Assembly (NCBI RefSeq): GCF_006345805.1
Contig: NC_043003.1
Location: 102,672,001 to 102,736,000, forward strand
Direction: 5' to 3'
DNA: 64,000 nucleotides
Origin: Octopus sinensis
Taxonomy: Eukaryota
Below are positions 37,770-50,400 of the stretch, piece by piece. The translations under genes and the position numbers were made by a program. Position 1 is the stretch's first letter; each line of letters starts with the position of its first letter. Below the pieces are notes generated by a model. It saw only the letters and a program-made list of their open reading frames with translations, had not been told where the DNA came from and ran no database searches.

Positions 37770-38340
37770 GGAATGGAAGAGAGCAAGAAAAGTTTAAGAG
37801 GTACCACTTCCTTCTGCAGCAGAATCATCTGGATCTTCTCTTCTTAAAGAAGAAGCAGCAGACATTGAAAATTTTGCATTATTTTCTTTTTAAATAAATT
37901 ACGCAGAGTGTTTTGTCATTGGCTATTTTTCTGGACAGTCTAAAAGTGTTGTGTTACTTGATTAGAAAAATAATTCACACTTGACTTCCCATTCTCTGAT
38001 CTAGATTGAATCATTCTTACAATGTCTGTGAGCTGATGCCAGATATATTCTCTTGGTATATTCTCTTCTTCCTCAGCATTCAGTTGTTGCAGCATCTTTC
38101 CAATAAAGTTCCTTCAGCTTTGTTGATGGACAGTTTCTCATATGCTTCTCAATCAAGTTATTTATATCCTCTTCAATTGTCTGAACAGAATTTCTTCAAA
38201 TATAGGCTCTGCCTCAAGTTTAATATTTCAAAGACAATGCCATAGTATTCATCAAGAAAAGTTCAATTAGAAAATCTCTTCTTGTCGAGTCATCAAAAGA
38301 AGTTACTTAAAGTTACTTAAAAACAGGTTCAAGATGTTTT
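37770..38340 (-). pseudogene. Unidentified decayed coding-like segment
   Basis: Successive frame-broken peptides (DDSTRRDFLIELFLM; IEEDINNLIEKHMRNCPSTKLKELYWKD; EEENIPREYIWHQLTDIVRMIQ; SMSAASSLRREDPDDSAAEGSGTS*) have protein-like composition; family not recognised. Confidence 0.25.
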
Positions 38341-38533
38341 GTACATACTTTACAAAAATTGCTATTACTTGATAGGGTTATGTATATTTCTTTATTGCCC
38401 ACAAGGGGCTAAACATAGAGGGGACAAACAAGGACAGACAAAGAGATCAAGTCAATTACATCGACCCCAGTGCGAAATTGGTACTTTATTTATCGACTCT
38501 GAAAGGATGAAAGGCGGAATTTGAACTCAGAAC

Positions 38534-38650
38534 TCAATTGCCTGAACAGAATTTCTTCAAATATAGGCTCTGCCTCAAGTTTAATATTTCAAAGATGATG
38601 CCATAGTGTTCATCAAGAAAAGTTCAATTAGAAAATCTCTTCTTGTCAAG
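38534..38650 (+). repeat. 117-bp templated copy of 38173-38289 inserted into a SINE B
   Basis: Near-identical sequence (about five substitutions); AACTCAGAAC is duplicated on both sides (38524-38533, 38651-38660). Confidence 0.85.
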
Positions 38651-39034
38651 AACTCAGAACGTAACGACAGACGAAATACCGCTAAGCATTACTTGATAGG
38701 GTTATGGCAGAAAAGTGGTATTAGGAGGCATGAAATGATTTAATGAAATTATCTTCCCTTTAAAAGAAAATTAAACTAATATTCTTGATATTAAAATTCT
38801 GTAAACTTACATATTGTATTTCCCACACCATATACCCTACACCCTGATTAACCAATCCCACCCAGAACTGCAATATAGCCCATTCTAATGTTTTAAAACC
38901 CTATAAATTATCACAATAACAAACTGTCAACTCTACTTTGACCCTGCAAAGTAAATGGTAGGTGAGGTGCCTCCTGGGATAGTGTGCAAGTCTATCACAG
39001 AGAATCTTTCATAGAGATTTTAGTAAACTTAACC

Positions 39035-39280
39035 ATGTAGAATTGCCCTATAAATTTGTCCAAAAACATTCTCATCTAGAAATTGTCTTATAGTATTGGT
39101 CATATGAAATCATCCAATAGAATTGTCCAATAAATTTGCCCAACAAAGTTGCCGTTAAAATTAATCTATTGGCTCATCCCAATAGAATTGACCTCCAAAA
39201 ATGCCCTGTAGAATGCTTTATAACATTGCCCCAAAATATTGCCCATACAGAATTGCCCTATAGAATTTCTCCATAAGGGA
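39035..39280. repeat. Degenerate minisatellite built on AGAATTGCCCTAT-like units; other minisatellites at about 39415-39570 and 54200-54350
   Basis: Recurrent (T)AGAATTG(C/T)CC...ATAA motif seen directly. Confidence 0.6.
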
Positions 39281-39798
39281 ACAACAATATATATTTGAAT
39301 TTGAGCTGAACTCATTTCCAGTGATCTGGGATTCAAACATCACAACCATTAAATGCACTACCACTGTATGTCACAAATGCACCAAATCATAAAATGTGGA
39401 TACATCAACAAACACATGAGCATACATTCAATATATACTACATAAAGATCATTCAACATATATTACACATGCATACATTTAACATTTACTACATGAGCAT
39501 ACATTCAACATATACTACATGGGAATTATCCAACACATACTAAATGTTCATACATTCAACAAATACTATTCTTTTACCTGTTTCAGTCATTTGACTGTGG
39601 CCATGCTGGAGCACTGCCTTGAAGGAGTTTAGTTGAAGAAATCAACCCTAAAATTTATTCTTTGTAAGCCTAGTACTTATTCTATCAGTCTCCTTTGCCA
39701 AAGCGCTAAGTTACATGGACATAAACTCACCAGCATTGTTTGTCAAATGATGGCAGGGGGACAAACACAGATACACACACACATGCATAACATATACA

Positions 39799-39841
<43 letters not shown>

Positions 39842-39891
39842 ATATATATATATATATATAATATATTATATATATATATATATATATATAC

Positions 39892-39971
<80 letters not shown>

Positions 39972-39975
39972 TATA

Positions 39976-41108
39976 TCTTTATATATATAAAACTGGGAAT
40001 GTGTGTCTATCTGTCTGTGTGTTTCCCTAAAACTTGAGAACTACACAACCAATTTCATTCAAATTTTACACATGCCTTACTTAGGGTCCGGGGAGTGTCA
40101 TTGGCAAAAAAAAAATGTTCAACTTCTTGCCTAGAGCGAGCCCATAGCAATATCATATCTTCTCCACTACTTCAGTATTATGTGTTAAAAGTGAAACAAA
40201 AACATTTCTCTATTTTATGTCAGATACTTTCACTTTAACAATAAAAATAATAATAACAATTGAATTATATGTAGTAAGTAATAATTAAAATCAAACTAAA
40301 GTATAATATTATCGTAACATAACAAAAGTAAAAATATAGCAATTGGTATAAAATTGCATCAATGACTTGAACTTGAATCAGTGGTTTCACATGAATGGGA
40401 ATAAATAAAATATAAAATTTAAGTGCAGAAATGGAATAGTCCAGATGGAGGTGTGCACGGCTTTTACATTAGATTATTTGCTAATTAGTTAGCATTAAGC
40501 ATTCTACTGAGTACTGCTCTTAGTTTATTTCTGATCCATAAAGGCCTATAGCTTCAACAGAGTACTGCTTTTTGGTTTACCGTAAGGTTTGTTGTTATTA
40601 TTATTTCTGTTTAACTATTGTTATCACGTTTGTTGGTTCCTCATAAGGGAAGCGTTGTTGTGTTGCATTTGTTAAATAATTGTAAACCATAACCCTCCCC
40701 CTTTGGGAGAAGAAGCTTTGGTTATTGTTTAAAAATTGAATTGTGTCCCTGTTTGGGGAAATTGACAATATTTTCACCGTTTACACGGAAATATTTTCGT
40801 TAAAATGTCTTCGATAGAAGAAAGTCCAAAAATGAATTTCACTGCAGCTGTCGGATTGTAGCCACACTTCTATACAAGAGGGAGGACAAGATACAATTGA
40901 TCGAAATTACAAGAGACGGGCTAACAATTCCAATCTGTTATATATTTTCAGCATTGTTATCTATAGCGATATCAAGATATAACTTTGTATTTTGTATTTT
41001 ATGTGTAGATGTATATATATAGATGTACATGTAATATGTACACATATATATACACATATATACATGCACTAGCACTATGACCTGGCAACGACGGGTCTTT
41101 AATGCTAG
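39976..41108 (+). mobile_element. Probable non-autonomous Helitron
   Basis: 5' A|TCTTTATATATATAAAA like the 25905 element; 3' hairpin GACCTGGCAACGACGGGTC then CTAG|T at 41105-41108. Joining these two ends into one element is inferred. Confidence 0.5.
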
Positions 41109-41129
41109 TATATATATATATACACACAG

Positions 41130-41160
<31 letters not shown>

Positions 41161-41162
<2 letters not shown>

Positions 41163-41307
41163 GATAAGAAAAGAAATGGAGCAACAATTAAGAACTAGAA
41201 GTTGATCACTGGTATTAAAAGGTCATAGTTTAATTAAACTATGACCTTTTAATACCAGTGATCAACTTGTAATTGTTAATTGTTGCACCATTTCTTTTTC
41301 TTATCTG
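41161..41307. repeat. Spacerless palindrome (35-bp perfect arms, about 73 bp imperfect)
   Basis: 41199-41233 is the exact reverse complement of 41234-41268; outer arms CAGATAAGAAAAGAAATGG / CCATTTCTTTTTCTTATCTG. Confidence 0.9.
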
Positions 41308-43291
41308 AATATATTAAACCACAGTTTACCATTTAAATTACCAACTACTGTTAACCTTACAGCAAGGCCTATACATAGTGAGGCAATACACCAGCAGTGC
41401 CTGCGGATACATTTATCCCTTAGACGGTTGCATAACCTCTAACTCATAGTTTATATATATATTTCTTTACTACCCACAAGGGGCTATCACAGAGGGGACA
41501 AAGAAGGACAGACAAATGGATTAAGTCGATTACATCGACCCCAGTGCGTAACTGGTACTTAATTCATCGACCCCGAAAGGATGAAAGGCAAAGTCGACCT
41601 TGGCAGAATTTGAACTCAGAATGTAACGGTAGACGAAATACAGCTACGCATTTCACCCGGTGTGCTAATGTTTCTGCCAGCACGCTGCCTCGTATATATA
41701 TATATATATTACAGGCTTCTTTCATTTTCCACCTACCAAATCCACTCACAAGGCTTTGGTCAGCCCGAGGCTATAATAGAAGACACTTGCCCAAGATGCC
41801 ACACGGTGGAACTGAACCAGGAACTATATGGTTGGGAAGCAAGCTTCTTACCATGCAACCACTCCTGCACCTATATTTACATACATTTAACATATACTAC
41901 ATGACCGTCCATAAATGCAATATGAATATCATTTGTACATGTTCACAAACCCTTGTTGCATGAATACATGCACCAAACATTGACATGAAGTTCTGTATAC
42001 CAAATAATGCAGCTGTGCATATGCACCAGTCCTTAAAATACATGCTTTTCCCCAATTATTAGAACATGCAAATATGGTTTAAACATTGTATTTACTTGCA
42101 TGGATGAGCCAAACATGACATGCTCATGCATAGACTAAGTTTTGCATGTGTACATATACTCCAAAGATTATGTGTGCATGCATGTATCAATGGACCTTGG
42201 CATATGTCTACATGTAGGAAACGGTAACACTGGTTCATATTCCTCAAACATTGATATGGCTACATATACACCGATTTGTTCTTGTTGAATCTCTACACCA
42301 TAATATAGCCCCCTAACCACCTCCCCCCTATTTGTGTTCACTCACTACCTTCCTTCCCTCTATCTCCACCTCCACCTCCCCTTTCACCATCTTAAGAACT
42401 TGCTCATCCACTCACACCTTGCTTCCACTTCAGTTTCATATACTTCCCTGTAACTTGAGGCCCTCTCACACCCCAGTCCACCTGACCACTGGTCACATCT
42501 TCTCGGTCTTCTCTCTTCTTTCTCTTCTCTTTTTCCTCTCTCTCTTCTCCATCTCTTTTCTCTCACTCTCTACTCCTCTTGTTTCTCCCTCCCATTCTCT
42601 TCTCTCTCTCTCACTTCTCCCCTTCTCTCTCTCTCACTTCTCCCCTTCTCTCTCACTCTCTCCTTTCTCTCACCTTTCTTCTCTCTCACTCTCTCTGTCC
42701 TTTCTCTCTCTCTCTCTCTCTCATCCCCTGGCACAAAGCCACCTACTTCAATACTACTCCCCATTCATCTAAGGAGTCTTTGTCTTGCATGTTATTTGAG
42801 TGAACCTACTGCTGCTGATACGACATAAAAATCACTCAGTTTACTCTGTAGAATGCGTGGCATTGGGAAGGGCATCCAGCCATAGAAGCCATGACAAAGC
42901 AGGCAGTAGTGGTGTGAGTAGTCTTGTGACTTGCTAGTTTTGGTCACGTTGTCCAGCCCAGAGCAGCATGGAAGAAGGATGTTAAATGATAATGACAACA
43001 ATGATGATGATGATGATGTATGCACACATAATGAGATATGCATGTTGAGTGACAGATGGTTGAACACCAATGACTTCACACATTATTATATGCATGCATA
43101 ATGAAATATTGACTACATTATGCATTGATATAAAAATATGCATACATAATTATGCACACACACATATGCATTGAAATTGATGCACATAGACAGATGTGTA
43201 GGAAATGTCAGAGCAGATGTACATACATATTGACATGCATACACACACACACTCACACACACACACACCACACACACACAAAAGGTATTTT

Positions 43292-43765
43292 TATATAAGC
43301 TTAAAGCTTATGGCAATCACCGAAATGACTAAGGAAAATAGTCTAATAAAGGGGCATCTAAACCCTCAAGCTTATATAAAAATACCATTATTATTATTTA
43401 CAGGATTGTAGAACATGGCACCATATAAAAAAAACCATTTGCACTGAAAGCATATAGAAAGTTCGTTTACTTAAAAACAAATAGGAACTAAAATAGTTCT
43501 TAAATTTGATAGAAACGGAGGAGGCTAATTCACAGGTGTAAAGGTAACACACTTAGTCGCATTAACAAAGGGATGTGTGTTCATGTCCCACGTGGATAGG
43601 AAAACCTTCTTTTCTCTGTTGAGGGCTTATATGACCCTAAATTAGACTATTTTCCTTAGTCATTGCACAGTGATCGCTTTAAGCATATATAAAAATACCA
43701 TTATTATTATTTACAGGATTGTAAAACATGGCACCGTATAAAGAACCATTCACACCGAAAGCATA
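43292..43765. repeat. ~160-bp local duplication in which a ~70-bp segment is inverted in the second copy
   Basis: AATGACTAAGGAAAATAGTCTAA (copy 1) appears as TTAGACTATTTTCCTTAGTCATT in copy 2, while the downstream TATAAAAATACCATTATT...GCACC part is direct. Confidence 0.8.
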
Positions 43766-44222
43766 CATATATATACATATATACACAATTGCAGCATGGA
43801 AGGTGTTTATAAGCCATTTAAAAACACACAAAATTCATTTCAAAATTTAATTTGTCAAAATATTTTTGTTGCTTTGAAGCCGCGACCTGTTCACTGACAA
43901 AATTCTGTGCTGCATCTGAGAAATTAACGGTTAGTTCATGATGTGTGTGTGTGTGTGTATGCATGTATGTGCATATGCATATGTGTACGCGAGTATGCAT
44001 GCATGCATGCCTATACACATAATGTACATATGTATGTTTATGTTTGTGAGTATTTAGGTATGTAGACGTGTCTGTGTGTGTGTTTATATGTGTATGTACA
44101 TGTACATCATATGTTTATCTACTGATATGTGTGTCTGTTCAAGTTGTAAATATGACTGTTACTCTGTCGAAGGTGGTATATATATATATCTTTATTTTCT
44201 CTCCTTCTTTCTTTATGTGTTC

Positions 44223-44258
44223 CTTTCTGTGGAAGAGCATAGGCTCGAAACGTTAAAG
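44223..44258 (+). ncRNA. Minimal type I hammerhead motif, family b
   Basis: CUUU-CUGUGGA-A-GAGC-AUAG-GCUC-GAAACGUU-AAAG; the downstream ~85 bp match the 5760-5840 element. Confidence 0.65.
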
Positions 44259-44342
44259 ACTTTTTCACTTCCCAAGCGTTAAACTAATATATCTGCTTGT
44301 TGTCTACACCACATGTTTCGTCTTTTGTTTTTTCTTGTGAAT

Positions 44343-44870
44343 TCTCCCACCATCCTCAACGTTCACTGGAGTGACTTCGTCACAAACATTGAAGTCTTGG
44401 AGCGGGCCAAGATCCCCAGCATTGAAGCCATGCTACTGAAGTCCCACCTCCGATGGAGAACCATCGCCTTCCTAAGATTGCCCTGTTTGACGAACTCTCC
44501 ACCGGCCATCGAGTGAGGGGAGCTCTGAGGAAGCACTACAAAGACTGCCTCAAGAAGTCTCTAGCAGCATGTCATATTAACCACCAATGCTGGTCAGACC
44601 TGGCTGCGGACCATGATGTCTGGTGCCACATGATCTTCAACGTAGTCAGCAAGTTTGAGGAACAAAGAAGCAACGCACTTAAAGACAAGAGACGCAGGAG
44701 GAAGGCGCGAGCCGCCTCTGACACCACACCAGATGTTACCTTCGTCTGTGGACACTGCTCACGGACCTGCCTTTCCTATATCGGACATGTCAGTCATGAG
44801 CGTGCATGCACGCAACGTGGACAGCCTTCCTGATCTTCGTTCGCGAAGCTGAGCCATGATGATGATGACA
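44343..44870 (+). mobile_element. RTE/BovB-like LINE 3' end
   Basis: ILNVHWSDFVTNIEVLERA..SIEAMLLK..LRW, RLPKIALFDEL..G.R..G...KHYKDCLK, C-terminal CGHC..HERAC, short 3' UTR and (ATG)n tail. Confidence 0.9.
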
Positions 44871-46621
44871 TATATGTATTTCAGTATCATGCATCTCAAC
44901 ATGTACATATGGATTTCTACATGTAAATGAGAGGAAGGGGTGATTATAGATGGGTACTCCCATGTAGAATCTGAGTGTTACCCCATTCGGATATATACAT
45001 ACATATATAATCAACAGGTTTTATTCAAGAAAATAAACATGCAGATTGAAACACCATGCACAAACACTGACATTTATTGCAAACTGAACACTGCATGCAC
45101 ACTCAAACACATACACATGCACACACAGATATGCATATGTGTTAGTGTTTGTTTGCTTTGTTATGTCAAGTTGTATACAAAAACAATTTAACATTAAACT
45201 GAATGATTACTCAATACAGTTTAGTGGAACTTAACTTTTACAAGGGACAACTTGACAGTGAGCTCACTCGCCTTAGTCAGACACTCTAAAGAAGGCAAAC
45301 AAGCTAAAATTTTGAAGTCTGCCTTTTTCTTGTAAAAGTTTATTATATATATATTTGTGTGTGTGTGTGTGTGTGCATGTACGTGTGCATGTGTGCGTGT
45401 GTCTGTGTGTGTATGTATATTTATATCTGTTTATCTATCTATTTATCTACATGCACACACACACACACAAATAACACAAATGCATAAAAAAACATTATGC
45501 TATGCACAAGCACACACTAAAAGTGCACCTCTTAATCGCAAACATATTGCAGGGTATACAACAGTTAATGACATTTACCTGTAAAAATATTGACACAAAT
45601 ACATATTTGTATTTACACATACAGGTGTAAAAGCAGTAAAAATGTTCACAACCACACACTACACACCTATTAACACATACTCACAAATGTGTAGTTTTGC
45701 ATTACACATTCACAAATATAGCTGAACAAACATCCTCATCTGTACCCCATTATTGTTGTCATGACAACTATTGTTGTTGCTTTCTCTGGTTGTCATAGTC
45801 ACTCTAGCTGTCTTTGTTAAAGTAATTATTATGACTATTATTGGCTGTTGTTATTGTTATTATTTAGCCTCAGGCCAATGATTAAAGGAATTTGAGATAT
45901 GACAGACCTCCACCCCACTTTTTTTTCTACAGGTATTGTAGAAAATACAGGTATTGTTATGATGAACCATGTTACCCAAATTGTTCTTTTTGACTTTACA
46001 AATGGCCAGGTGGGGTTGGAGAGGAAATTAGCTGCTACTTTTAGCATCTTAAATGATTGCATGGAGCCTCCATCATTTGCTCATTGCTATTATTGTTGTT
46101 ATTGTGTGTGTTCATGCAGTTGTTGCTGTTGTTATTGTTGTCCACGTTGTTATTGCTACTATTGTAGCTCTGTTGCCATCTGCAGCTAATACTGCACAGT
46201 ACAGATGCACCGACAAAATGAATGCAAGGCTGCAACACTACTGCATCCGATGTATGCAGCTTTTCAGTCTTCATATAAACAACTTTTTCTTTGGGTACAT
46301 CCTCTTGGTAATTGCCATAGTTGTGTATATATAAGTATATATGCATGAACAGGAGTGTTGGGCAAGTGTATGTGTATGAGTTTATGTGTATTTGTGTGTG
46401 TGTGTGTGTGTGTGTTTGCAAGTAAGTGGGTACATATGTTTGAATAATTATATGTGGATAGGTTATTTAGTTCGAGCTCTTGTAGCATATTTAGCAATCA
46501 CAGTCAGGGTCATACTGGAGCACCGCCCTCTTTGTATGTGTATGTATATGTATGCTGACAAATGTATATATTAGTACAATTATATACAGGTATGCAGAAA
46601 AGTATCCATGTATGTATATCA

Positions 46622-46654
<33 letters not shown>

Positions 46655-47055
46655 CTTATATATATATGCATGTATGTATATGCATGCATATATGTGTGTA
46701 GGTATGTGTAGGTATATACATGTGTAGGTATGTGTAGCTATATATGTGTATGCATGTGTAGGTATATGTATGTATGTATGAGTTGCAATTAGATGTGATT
46801 GTAGAAATATTGTGACTGTCCATCTACCCTGTCATCTACCTGTCTCTTTCATTTCTTGACACTCCCCTCTCTATTCCTCTCCCTTTTCTATCTCCACCCC
46901 AGCCCTCAATCTTTCTTCACAAAACTCTGCCACTCCCACCTGTCTCCCTCAATCTGTCACACCTCACCTTGCACTCTGTCACTCCTCCCTCTCTTTGTAA
47001 CTCCCTCCTACTCTGTTACTCTCTCAATTCCTCTGTCACTTTGACTTTGAAAAGT

Positions 47056-47087
<32 letters not shown>

Positions 47088-47670
47088 ACTATCTATCTAC
47101 CTATCTATTCATCTCTCTCTCTATCACTCTCTCATGTTCTCTGCCACTCCCACCCCTCATTTCTATATCAGCTTATCACATCAATTCTATAGTTAATCAG
47201 CCCCAAATGGCTATTTCGCTTATGGAATGCAAATTCTATGAACCAAGATCTATCCAGACACAACATATGTTCATAAACACCACTACCAAATCCCACCGCT
47301 CTACCATTAACAGACCATCACCAGATCACCATCACCACCACCACCACCACCAACCTAAATTCCATTGACATCATCACCACCAACACCAGCAGCGATATCA
47401 TTATGGTCAACAATTTCATGATAGTTATAAAAAAGAGAGGGAATTGATTAACAGAAGTTTGTAGAAAGACTGACAGATAAGCAGATGGGTGAATGTACAG
47501 CTGGATGGATGGATGGATGGATTAGTAGATCGATGGATAGATAGACAGACAGACAGATTAATAAATAGACAGATAGCTGGATTGATAGATAACTGGATAG
47601 ATGGATAGATACCAAGATAAATTGATGGATATATTATTTGCATACATATTTGTGTGTGTGTGTAGGTAGG

Positions 47671-47703
<33 letters not shown>

Positions 47704-47731
47704 GGATAGATAGATAGATAGATAGACAGAC

Positions 47732-47782
<51 letters not shown>

Positions 47783-49546
47783 CAGAGAGTGAGAGGAAGG
47801 GAGAAGTGAATGGAATGGTCAATCGAGCTGATAAAACTAAAAAGGTAAAAATATTTTTCAAAAGCAAAACTTAAGAAAGCAACATTTCCTCAGGTTGTTG
47901 TTATACACCACCACCACCACTACCACCACCACCGCCACATCATCATCATCATCATCATCAATATCATCATTGTTATTGCTGTTATTATCTTCACTACTAC
48001 CATTATCATCAGCCTCTTCCTCAGTATTATGATCAATTGGCATTACAAGACATGTTGCAAAGATACAACCAAATCTCTTGACAACAGCTTATTCTTCCTT
48101 CAGCTTAAAATGTGTATCATAGAGTAGAAAGTGAAGCTTGTGACTGTATGTAGCCAAAACTCTGCAGAACTGATATTTCCTAAGGATGTGCTGGTAAGGC
48201 TCAAAGACTCCAGTGGTCACATGCAATGCAGGAGAAAATTGGTTTTGCAACAGAAGCACAAAGCAAATGAATTTCAGAGAACCAGAAAGTTCAGATGTGC
48301 TTTAATGCAGCTATTAGTTTTGGAGCTTTCACAATCGGCTTGATTGTCATACTGCAGGATATGGGTTGGGCTGATTTGCACGGTTCCTGTTTGAGTAATG
48401 GTGGGGAATTTGTTGAGGAGGAAAATTTTGGCTACAGTATTGGGCAAATAAAGGATTAATATCCTGTTGAATATTTTCTTAGTCAAGAGCCAGTCCTGCA
48501 GTCATTCTTGTATAGAATGGAAATGAATGATAGAAGAATATGTAGAGTTTTCTCTCTTGTATTAGTGTTCCTTGCATCCTTCAGAATGATTGTAAACAAG
48601 GTTAGTGATAACATGTATTTCAGTGCCAGCTGTGTGATACTGTCCTAAGCAGTACTGTGTCATTTGAAACCTTAAGAGTAACATTATTCTGTATGTATTA
48701 AAGATGAACAATTTTGAAAAATTCTGTTAAGCCTTAGGTAATGCCAATGAATGAAAATAAAGCAAAAATAATTTTGTATTACATTGTGTCTATGTTGTTT
48801 AAAAACCCTATAATATTTTGGAAAAAAATTCCTAATTTCAAATAGAAGAAGGAAAATATTCAAAGAGTTTGGAGAAGTGTTGAGCTTCTCTATCACTTCC
48901 CTCTCAGCACATCCCGTTAATTTTATATTCCATCAGTCCTGAGTGGCTATTACCTATTTGCTTAAGAACCATAAATTCTGTTGAAATAGAATAGTCTTAA
49001 ATTTAATAAGACTTAATGGGAATTTGACAAAAGTACTTTAAGGGAGTTTCTATAAACAATATGAAGGGCCATAATCATGGGATTATGTGAAGAAGTTTAT
49101 TCAAAAAGATAAAAACGGCTACATAGGAATTTCTTGATGTCTCAGATGTACCAAGCACTGTCATCGGTAGCATAATGAAGGTAAAAGTGAAATGTCTATT
49201 TTGTAATTAAGCCATATTGTTATTAGTCTTCTATATTGGTATTTTGTATCATGCTACACAGCCTTATCAAAAGTTGTTCAATGCTGCATGAAACCACTTC
49301 ATTTTCACCTATCTGCTTATTAGGGATCACACACTTGAAATGGCCATAGCATTCATTCTACATAAAATACACATGATTTCAGTTAAACTTATGATTTCAC
49401 TTAAGCACTTAAGAATAATGTGTGTATGTATATATATATATATATATATATGTATAGGGAGAGTTTACGAAAAAAACAAAAGACGAAGACAGGTGGTGTA
49501 CAAAATAAACAGATGTATTAGTATAACGCTCAGGAATAGAAAAGGT

Positions 49547-49582
49547 CTTTTACATTTCGAGCCTACGCTCTTCTACAGAAAG
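49547..49582 (-). ncRNA. Minimal type I hammerhead motif, family b (core CUGUAGA)
   Basis: CUUU-CUGUAGA-A-GAGC-GUAG-GCUC-GAAAUGUA-AAAG, within a ~190-bp element (about 49460-49650) beside (TA)n. Confidence 0.6.
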
Positions 49583-50018
49583 GGACACAGAAAAAACAAG
49601 GAGAGAAACAAGGAGAGAAAAAAAATGTGTGTAGTGGCTAATGATCTATCAGGGCAATATGAAATGTTTGTGTGTTGATAACATGTACACACACACAAAT
49701 ACATCCTTACACATTCATACAAAGTTACATTTTAAACAAAGATATATAATAGATGCAATGTATATACAAATGTACATTCATGCACTTTGCACCTGAACAT
49801 ACTTTTAGATTCACATAATCATTAATACACCCCCCCACACACACACATGCACACATGCACACATACACACATGCATGTATGTATGCATGGATCAACAGAT
49901 AATTTGAAGAAACTAACAGGAAAACAAATTAATTAGAGTTTAAAGTTGGAGTACACTGCGAATGGACAAATAAAATGAGGTACTACAACTGTTGCTACTG
50001 CTGCTGTTGCTACTGCTG

Positions 50019-50400
50019 CTGTTACTGTTGCTGTTGAGCGAACGGTCTTTGTCCCAGAGCTCGTAAGATGGGGGAAGTCCGAAACGTGGTCCTTTGCTAT
50101 TCATAAGACCCGCAGAAGAGAGAGCAGGTCAACCCCCGACACCGAGAGCATCGACGGATGGATGAATGCGCATCCAGGCTCAGCGGTTGCATAGGAAGTC
50201 GGGGATAAGAAACAGGAAGAAAGAGTGAGAGAAAGATGGAGCGGAAGCATACAACAGGGGTCGCCACCACCCCCTGCTGGAGCCTCGTGGAGCTTTAGGT
50301 GTTTTCGCTCAATAAACACACACAACGCCCGGTCTGGGAATCGAAACCGTGATCCTCCGAGCGCGAGTCCGCTGCCCTAACCTCAGGGCCATTGTGCCTC
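50019..50400 (-). mobile_element. tRNA(Arg)-like-headed SINE family C
   Basis: Third copy, embedded in (GCT/GTT)n triplets. Confidence 0.85.
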
